From Paramecium tetraurelia (lineage: Eukaryota), in assembly GCA_000165425.1 (NCBI GenBank), contig CT868108.1:248001-312000 (forward strand): a stretch of 64,000 nt of DNA, read 5' to 3'. The stretch's first letter is position 1. The number at the start of each line of letters is the position of its first letter. The notes under the pieces were generated by a model, which worked only from the letters and a program-made list of their open reading frames with translations, had not been told where the DNA came from and did not search any database. A program made the position numbers and the translations under genes. Below, one piece after another: positions 55,101 through 64,000 of the stretch.

Positions 55101-58100
55101 AGGAATTGGATTATGGAAGAATTAATAGAGAGCAAATGCTTGGCTATAATTCTTGAATGAATTGCAATCATTTTGTTAATTGCCCAATTTTTTCAATTTG
55201 TTTATGAAGAACCAATTATGTGTAAATCTATTGTTTGATTTAATTGCCGGACCCCCAGACTCAAACAATTAGAAATTAGAAGAGGAAGAATAAAATGCTG
55301 TTAAGTTCATCTACACTACATTGGTTAGCGTATTCAGTGCTAGTAGTGGACCAGAAGTAAGAATAAAGGCTTTGGAATAGAATTTAATCAAATAAATCTT
55401 AGACCGAATAGCTTTGGTTAGTAAGGAGACTAAGAGAGTATTTAGAAATGTGCTTGAAAAACAAGTGGTATAAGAATCACCTCAGAAAAATAACACATTG
55501 CAGAAATCAACAAAATAGAAGAGAGGAGTGGGATATGCAAGTGATAATACTGGATAAAATTAGAAATGGAACACCATAGAATATGTGGAGAAGAAAACAT
55601 AAAAGTCATAACAATTAATTGGTTTATTGGGTATAGTAGAGTCATTCTTTGATTTCCAACATTGGCATCCAAGTGAAGACCTATTACATAAATTAAAGAA
55701 CACCTTATTTGAAAGTGCATTATTGCCTTTGCTAGAAAGTGCATTCAGAAGTGGCTCACTTTTGGAAATATCAAAAGAATTCGATTTGTATTGCAAGTAT
55801 TTGAAGATAGTTTAATCCATGTCTCATCATAAAGTATTGGCCGGTGTTTTCTTAAAGATACCTGAGTAGTATTATCCTCCTCAAACTTAATCATTATTTG
55901 AATTGTTAAGTGCTTTGGCAGATACATCCAAAATCTTTATGAATTGCATCTAAAATAATAGAAAGAAGAATGAAGAAGAAGAGCACTCATTTGAGATTGC
56001 CAAAATGATTATAGATACTCATAAACGAATGGAAAATTGCATCAATAAAATGAATGATAGTGGTAGTAGTAGCAATGAAGAGGACGAGACTGAATAACTC
56101 AAGAAATAGAAAGAACTAGCAAATGAATTAATCTAATAGATTCTATCCAAATAATTACCTGAAGCATACAGAACCTTGTTGTCAGACTTGAGATTCAATT
56201 ACATTGATATGAAGGTTGGTGGCAGATATAAACATCATTACTCAGGCAACATATCAACCTAAATAAATCAAGATAAGATCGTAAGATTAGCCTAAGAATT
56301 TGCAGATATGTCAACATCCTTACCAATTGAACACACGAATGCCATATTTGTAAGAGCTGACAAAGAACGTGTAGATGTAATGAAAGCATTAGTTATGGGT
56401 GCAAAAGGTACTCCTTATGGACATGGTGCATTTCTATTTGATATTTATGCTGATGATTCATATCCGAATGCTCCCCCTAAAATGAATTTATCTACTACAG
56501 GAAATGGAAAAGTCAGATTCAATCCTAATTTGTATAGTTGTGGAAAAGTATGTTTGTCACTCTTAGGTACATGGAGAGGAAATGCTTCTGAAAATTGGGA
56601 TCCAAAAATCTCTACTCTCCTTTAAGTTTTAGTATCCACCCAAGCCATTATTATGAGTGAAGAGGTGTATTTCAATGAACCAGGCTCTGAATAGGAAGCA
56701 AACACAGATGAAGGTGAAAAGAGAAATGAAGGATATTCTAATATTGTCAGATATTGCAACATCAAATATGCTATGATAGACTAAATTAGAGATCCACCAA
56801 AAGGATTTGAAACTATTATTAAAAGACACTTCTATCTCAAAAAATAGGAAATCTTGGAGGAATGCAATAAGTGGGTTGAACTTGCAGATACAAAAGAAGC
56901 TTTATATACTGGGTTACTAAATGATCATAATTCCAGCTGGTGTAGTGAATTCAAAAAGAGCAAGAAAGCATATCATAAGAAGTTGTCTGAAGCTGTTAAA
57001 GAATTGGAGGAAGAATTGAATAAAATTTAACCACCTTCTGCTGCTGATTTAGAAGGATCCAGAGTACTAAGGACTCATGTCAAGAAACAACCTAAAGTTA
57101 AAAATCTAAAAGAGGGAATGGCCAATTTGGATGAAGTAGATGTTACATACACAAAGATCTAATAGAAGGAATTCGAAGCAAATGATGAAAATGTCTTAGA
57201 TAGATGGAGTAGATACATAGGTGCTATGGGAATGGATGCAGTGAAGAAATAGGCAAATAGTTGTGTTTTGGTATCTGGCATTGGAGCTTTGGGTATTGAA
57301 GTAGCCAAAAATATAGTATTATCAGGAGTCAAAATGCTAACAATTCATGATTAACAAAAAAGCACTTAATTTGATCTTAATGGGTAGTTCTTCATTGAAG
57401 AAAAAGATATTGGCAAGAACAGAGCTGAAGTTAGTTGGGAAAAATTGCAATAGCTCAATTCATATGTCAGAGTAAATTATGAAACATCAGAACTCCTTAA
57501 TATCGACTTCACTAAATACAACATTGTAGTAGTCTGTGCTACATATCCAAATGATGTATTATTCAAATTATCAACATTATGTCGTTAACACAAGGTCAAA
57601 TTAATTATTAGTTCAGTTGATGGAGTCTTCGGAAGAGTGTTCAATGATTTTGGATAGTCTTTCATTGTTGAAGACAAGAATGGGGAACAAACTGTTGATT
57701 ATATTGTTAAATCTGTTACTGATAAAGGGGAAAATAAGTTGCACTTTGAAATCACAGGTAAACATGAATTTTAAGATAATGATGTTGTTATGATTGATAA
57801 TATTGAAGGAATGATAGACTCAAATGGAAATTCAATTAACAAAACCATTTAAAAGGTCAAAGTAATTAGTAAATCAATCTTGGAGATTCAATTAAATGGA
57901 TATTCAAAATACATTCGAAATGGAACTATTAAATTGGTTAAAGTACCTGTTGAATTATCATTCCACCCCTACAATCAAGAATTCATCGATAAACCAATTT
58001 ATGATCCAAATATGTCAGAATACGATTTCATCAAATTGTAAAATACTGAACAACTACACAGTCTTTATAATAATAAATAGATCAAGGATGAAAATTTCGA

Positions 58101-60170
58101 ATTGTTATTCAAACATTACTCAATTTTAGGAGAGTTCTCACCTTTGTCTGCTTATCTTGGAGGCTTCGTCTCACAAGAGGCCATCAAGGGAATAACTAAT
58201 AAATTTACTCCAGTTTAACAACTATTCTATGTGGATTGCACAGAAGTATTATAAAAAGAGATATCCAAAGATGTCAAAGTCAGTGAAAGATCTTTAAGTA
58301 GATTCTTGGGTACAGAAATTGCTGAAAAATTAGAGAAATCTAAAATATTCATGGTTGGATGTGGTGCAATAGGTTGTGAATTACTCAAGAATTTTGCCAT
58401 GCTTAATTTAGGAATAAAAGGTTCAATCACAATAACTGATCCAGACCATATTGAAGTTAGTAATCTAAATAGGTAATTCTTATTCAGGGAAAAACACTTA
58501 AGAAAACCTAAGTCTTAGACAGCAGCTGCTGCAGTCATTTAAATGAATCCGTATTTGAGAGATCACATCATAGCAAGACTAGATAAGGTTCATGACTCAA
58601 CAGAACATATATACACAGATCAGTTCTTTGAAGATCAAGATATCATTGCTAATGCTCTAGATAATGTAGCTGCTAGAAGATATGTAGACAAACGATGTGT
58701 TAATTCTCGTAAGCCACTATTGGAATCTGGTACTCTTGGACCAAAAGGTCATGTACAATGCATCGTTCCATTTTAAACTGAATCTTATGGCAGTTCTAAT
58801 GATCCTGTAGAAGAAGGAGAAATTCCATATTGCACACTCAAGATGTTCCCTGAAGAGACTTTCCATTGTGTCGAATTTGCAAGGGATAAATTTGGCAAAC
58901 ATTTTTCAGCAAGACCAAAATAATTAATAAAAATGATGGCTGAAGATTATATCCCCCAGTTTAGAAGATAATAAACCTTTTAAGAGAGGCTATCAAATTG
59001 TTTAAGAACAAACCAAACTCCTTTGAAGATTGCATTAAGTGGGCAAGAGGAAAGTTCTAGAAATACTTCATTAATGACATCAAATAACTAATGTATACAT
59101 ATCCAGAAGATGTTAAGACCAAGGATGGAAATCTGTTTTGGACTATGCCTAAACGTCCTCCCAAGCCTATTTAATTTGATCCTGAAAATGAAATTCATCA
59201 ATAATTTGTATCTACCTTTGCTTTTCTCAGAGCCAAAATGTTCAGTCTTTAAACTGACAAAGATTGGAGAACTAAAACTTATAGATAATCAGTAGCTAAA
59301 CAAGCTAATCTAATCACCTTCCCTGAATGGCAACCAAGTGAAGAAAAGAAGAAAGTATTTATATATTTAATAATAATTTTAGTCTATTTCCGATAAGGTT
59401 AAAGAGCAAGGATAAAAAGAAGAACCTGAAGAGAATGAGACTACTCAAACCCAAAGCACTTAAGAGGAAACACAATTGTTATTTAAATAATTTAAATCTT
59501 TATTGCCAATCACTTTAGCATCTGATGAATTTGAAAAGGATAATGATTAAAATGGACACATCGATTTCATACATTCCTTTGGTAATTTAAGGGCTGCAAA
59601 TTATAAACTGGAACCCATGGATTGGCTAACTGTGAAAATTAAAGCTGGTCGTATTGTGCCTGCTTTGGCTACTACCACTGCTGTTGTTGCTGGACTATAG
59701 ACAATAGAATTAATTAAAACTTTGAAGAATGTATAGATTTCAGACATGAAAAACGCTTTTGTCAACTTAGCCATTCCCTTTGTGAAATTAACTGAACCAG
59801 GTTTGGTACCCAAGAAGAAAATCAATGAAAAAGTCACTGTTACGTTATGGGATATATGGACACAAGAAATTACAAAGCAAACTACTTTCAGATAGTTGTT
59901 TGAGATTCTGAATTAATAATATGATTTACATCCAAGAGATGTGTTTTTGAAGGCTTAACCTGTGTATATGGAAATAATGTATGCGAAAAAGGCAGAAGAG
60001 AAAAAACACTTTTTGGGACCAAGCAATCATTAAAGTATTAGAAATACAGGTATAATATAATGTTATTTTTTATTAGAAATATGTTGGATTTGACTATCAA
60101 TTTTACATTAAATTAGGAGAGTTAAGAAATTATCAAGGGAATTCCGTAAGTCAGATTGGTTTTGAAGTGA
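46112..60170 (+). CDS. Giant E2-E1 fusion: SPRY - UBA - NZF - BIRC6/BRUCE-like body and UBC - UBA6-like ubiquitin-activating enzyme
   Basis: One frame runs from 46306 to ~58958: track ORFs 47473, 49417, 49678, 55627, 56308 and 58543 are co-frame, and no in-frame TGA was found in the stretches read codon by codon. [23 protein letters not shown] (Cys 56551); E1 [30 protein letters not shown] (Cys 58831), [13 protein letters not shown]. Confidence 0.92.
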
Positions 60171-60226
60171 TATCAATATTTTATCAAAATATAAATCATA
60201 AAATATTATTTTCTTATATTTATGAT

Positions 60227-61353
60227 TCAATATCTCTGTTGTTGGAAATAGTTATCTTCCAATTCATCAATAAATGTGAAATAGGCAATCACAGCAGTAA
60301 TATCATCGCAACCAAATTTCAAGTATGGCAAATCACCAATCTTTGAGTTTGTCTTCTTTTATTTGTTCATTTCATCCCATCTGGATCTGCATTCAGTAAC
60401 CTATATAAATATCAATATCTACAATAGCTTCAGCCACACTCTCTTTTGGCTCATGTTTCAAGACAAATCCACAGACTTCAGCACTACTCATCACATCCCA
60501 AACACCATCTGATCCTATAACCATAAACTTGTCCTATTTTGTTAATTCAATATGTTGGACTTCTGGTTCTGAAATCAAGCCTATCTTCTTAGCTTGCAAA
60601 TCTCCCAATCTATAACTAATTTGAATTTCAATACGTTCTAGTCATGGCAATTCCTGGCCCCTCATCATCTGCCCAAATACGATATGGACCAACTGGCTAA
60701 CCATCATGTATTAGCCTTTCGATTTTGCCTCCACATTCTTATGATTCTCTCCTTCTCATCTGGTCTTGTTGGCTTATGAATCATATGATAATTCAATGGC
60801 CCAGTTTCTCTTTTGCAGTTTATCTAAATAGTACTGCTCTGGAATCACCCAGATTAGCAATGTAACACATATTCTTAACTACAAATATTGATATTGCACA
60901 TGTTCCAGAATTACTGTAATCTATACCAGAAGATCTGAGTTTTGCTTCAGCATTTTTAAAAGCACTCTTCAAAAAACTCTCTCTTTGTTTATCATTCTAT
61001 AATGCCTTGATTCTCTTTGGGTTTTTCTCCAAGAATGTCTAAATATAATCATTGGCTGCTTAGGATGCTTCTTTGCCTGAGGAACCATGACCATCATACA
61101 CTTATAATAAAAATGAAGTTAAACCTGCAAAGAAATAACAATCTTCAGTAAATCTTTCCATAGTACAATAGGAATCTTGACATTCAGTCTTTTTGGGACC
61201 ATATCCCATCTTTGAATGTCCAAATAATTTGATTTCCTTCATGGGATTTATCAAAGTCTTGTTGAGATTCTACACCACATTTTACTTCTTCTTCTTTTTC
61301 TTGTTCTTGCCACTCTAATTGCTATTACCTCCAAACCAATTAAGAAGAAACAT
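60227..61353 (-). CDS. Protein phosphatase 2C (PPM family)
   Basis: ECQDS, FAVYDGHG, SGTCA, ANLGDSRAV, GIAMTR-LGD, GSDGVWDV, DDITAV; three apparent single-base insertions at 60740-60803. Confidence 0.92.
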
Positions 61354-61387
61354 TTATATTTATATATATTTAAATTATTTATTAAAA

Positions 61388-62447
61388 ATGCTACGATTTA
61401 TTTATCAAGGATTCTCAACCTTAGTAAAATAAAATCCACTTAAGAATGGGTTCAGATTTGAGAATTAAAATCTCACCTGGACTTTCGGCGAATTCGATGT
61501 ATTCAATAGTTGTTATTGAGAGACACATTCAAGTGCATTCGCATATGGATTGATTGAACAAGGTTGGAAACAAGGAGACAAGCTTTTGCTCTTGCTTGGT
61601 AGATCCAACACCAGTGAGGCAGCCACTACATTTGCTGGAGCAGCCAAAGCTGGAGTAATTACAGTACCATTCAGATCCAATGATCCAAATGAAATTGAAA
61701 AGACTATTAGTATTGTCAATCCAAAGGGAATTGTGTTTTCGCCCAATCAACTCGTTGGAGAAACCAAGTTCATCGAAGTCCTCAAAACCCTTGTTCCTGA
61801 AACAACTTAGAGTATCTATTAAAATTAATTTGCCCTCTAGCTCACTCAGGAGAAAGTCTGAAGAGTAGTAAATTTACTAATTTGAAATGGTTGATTCATA
61901 CTGGATTCTATTCATACCCAGGAACTTACAAATTCAGAGTATTAAACTATTGAAGCCACTAGGAATCATTGGTTTACGCCTCCAGGAACTTCAATCGTCT
62001 TTCTCTCCCAACTGTTACAGGACCAGTCACAGCTCAATTGAGAAATGGATAACTCTAAACCTACACTTATTAGGACTTAGCGAAATTGAGTGACAAAGTG
62101 CAGGGATCTAAACATGTCATTGTCTCTGGAGATCCATAAACTGTAACCAACTTCAGCATTGGTAAGTTCAAGGATTTCTAATATCGTAGTTGTCGGAGGA
62201 TTGGAAAGAGGTTACAATACAGTTTTGACAGGCGCAGACAAATTAACCAAGGTCTAAAAGATTCTACAATATTATGACAATTATAGTTTGGTAGTAGATG
62301 ATTCAGTTCTCAGTGAATAATAATAAGTATGATGAACTTTTAATATCCTTGTAGTCTGTTGATGTTGGCAACCTTTAAAATTTATTCACAGTTGGCGATG
62401 TCACAAAGGCTCAAAATGTATTCCAAAAATAAGCCATCTAAATTTGA
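61388..62447 (+). CDS. Truncated AMP-binding (acyl-CoA synthetase-like) protein, probably mitochondrial
   Basis: MLRFIYQGFSTL presequence-like start; WTFGEFD...FAYGLIEQGWKQGDKL...AGAAKAGVITVP is an ANL N-terminal subdomain; about 310 aa. Confidence 0.7.
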
Positions 62448-62482
62448 TATAATAATACCAAAAAAACACAATTATATAAATA

Positions 62483-63811
62483 ATGGATTAATCTTCATCA
62501 ATTCTGAGTATTAAGAGAGAGAAATTTAGAACCGTGATCAGAAAAGAGTTCATTGAATAACAACTCAAAAAAAAGAGAATCATTATACCTGAATAGGAAG
62601 ATCACGATTTGAATGATAAACTCAAAATTATTAAAAAATAGATGATAGCCATTCATGAAAATATTGAAAACGATTTTAAAAAAGCCATGATTAAATATTA
62701 TGATTATTTAGTAGACTAAGATCTCATGAATGAATTGCTTCTCTAATTTGAATTGAATTGGCAATAAAATTATAGGATAAATATCTATTGGATACTTTGC
62801 AATCTAACTCTAGGAGATAATATTGGAGCTAAATTTCTATTCGATACAAATTTCGACTTTTTAAAAATACTCTACACTGATATTAAGAATCCTGCTTATA
62901 ATGAATTTGTTCTTGAAATCATACAAAATTTGTTAGCAGATGATGACATTGATGTTTTCGAATATCTGATGAGAGATGATGAATTACTTCAAATGCTTAA
63001 TAAAAATGTCAATATCATATCAGAAGAAAACTATAAAAAATTATTAGTGCATATTTGTGTTAAAATTGTTGAATTTAAATCATTGTTGAGTAATTATTTA
63101 GTTGAAACATTGTGTTAATTGATGCCTTAGTATATAGCATTTTAATGCACTTACATTCTGACTTCAAGAATGGAATTTAGTAATCATCATCTGGTCCTTC
63201 ATGCCATTCGATATTTACTAAACAATGATGACAATCTCACGTCTATAATCTTAAGGATTTTACAAGAAATAACAGATTCTTATTTACTCTATTAAATATT
63301 GCAATAAAAAGAAATACATAGCTTTATCTGTAATTTGTTTTTAACAACAAACAATTCAAATTGTATTAAATCTCTACTAACTATATTTTATAATGTAGTC
63401 GAATCAGAAGAGATATAATTTTATATCTGTCAGAAGGAAGTCTTAAACTTAATAATAAAATATTCATTAAACTTAGAATACACTGAAAAATCATTAAATG
63501 TATTAGAATATCTAATGCAAGATGATAATTTTTTATTTGAATATCCTGAACTTGTAGATGAAAAGTATTATTGTTCATAACTTCATAATTTAAATGATGA
63601 AGATCCAAATACTTCAATTGCTATTTTAAATTACATTAAAAGAGTACTAGAATTTTGGGATACAAGGAATGATGACAAGTATTTAAATATATTTTCTAAA
63701 TACAAAAATAAGGTAAAATATAGATTTTATTATCAGATAGAAAATTTGCATATGTCTTAAAATAAAAGTCTATCAAATTTAGCAAATTAGTTACTTTTAT
63801 GCTATGATTGA
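62483..63811 (+). CDS. Divergent importin-alpha-like ARM protein
   Basis: IBB-like KREKFRTVIRKEFIEQQLKKKR, IYWILCNLT, ending IENLHMSQNKSLSNLANQLL. Confidence 0.7.
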
Positions 63812-63848
63812 ATTATTATTATTTTTATTAATATATAAATATTTTGGA

Positions 63849-64000
63849 ATGTTTAGAACTTTAGATGATTTAAAGAAAGGTGAAAAAGATGAAAAACAAA
63901 AGAAAACAAGCAATTCTTATGCTGGAGGAGAAAAGAGGTAAGAATTTTGATTAAATATCGTAGTGGTCTTTCTGTTGAAAATCCTGATGATATGGATTAA
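63849..64000 (+). CDS. 5' end of a p47/Shp1-type SEP-UBX p97 cofactor, partial
   Basis: MFRTLDDL...NSYAGGEKSGLSVENP after a micro-intron; [YF]AGGExSG precedes the SEP domain in this family. Confidence 0.75.

Noticed and set aside
56880..57180. Possibility that the UBC and E1 are two adjacent genes
   Set aside because: There is no in-frame TGA and no AT-rich spacer like those between neighbouring genes; the linker has coding-like composition.

Overview
AT-rich, gene-dense eukaryotic DNA typical of a ciliate macronuclear chromosome, most consistent with Paramecium. TAA/TAG read as Gln and only TGA stops (code 6), introns are ~22-29 nt GT..AG, and intergenic gaps are tens to hundreds of bp. The supplied ORF track treats TAA/TAG as stops and shows only fragments, so I re-translated by hand. 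About 30 genes are supported, including SPCS2, Sld5, importin-5, CDPK, an AGC kinase, urocanase, a LolD-type ABC ATPase, an SR protein, PP2C, importin-alpha-like and p47/UBX. The standout is a ~14 kb gene (46112-60170, roughly 4,600 aa) fusing SPRY, UBA and NZF modules and a BIRC6/BRUCE-type E2 in frame to a complete UBA6-like E1, with both catalytic cysteines intact. The window also holds two members of an apparently unnamed multi-ubiquitin-like family; one is a 181-aa two-domain protein ending in -RWIGG-stop. Clusters of single-base duplications break several conserved genes and look like assembly errors. All homology calls are from memory of family motifs; no searches were run, and start codons and exon boundaries are manual estimates.
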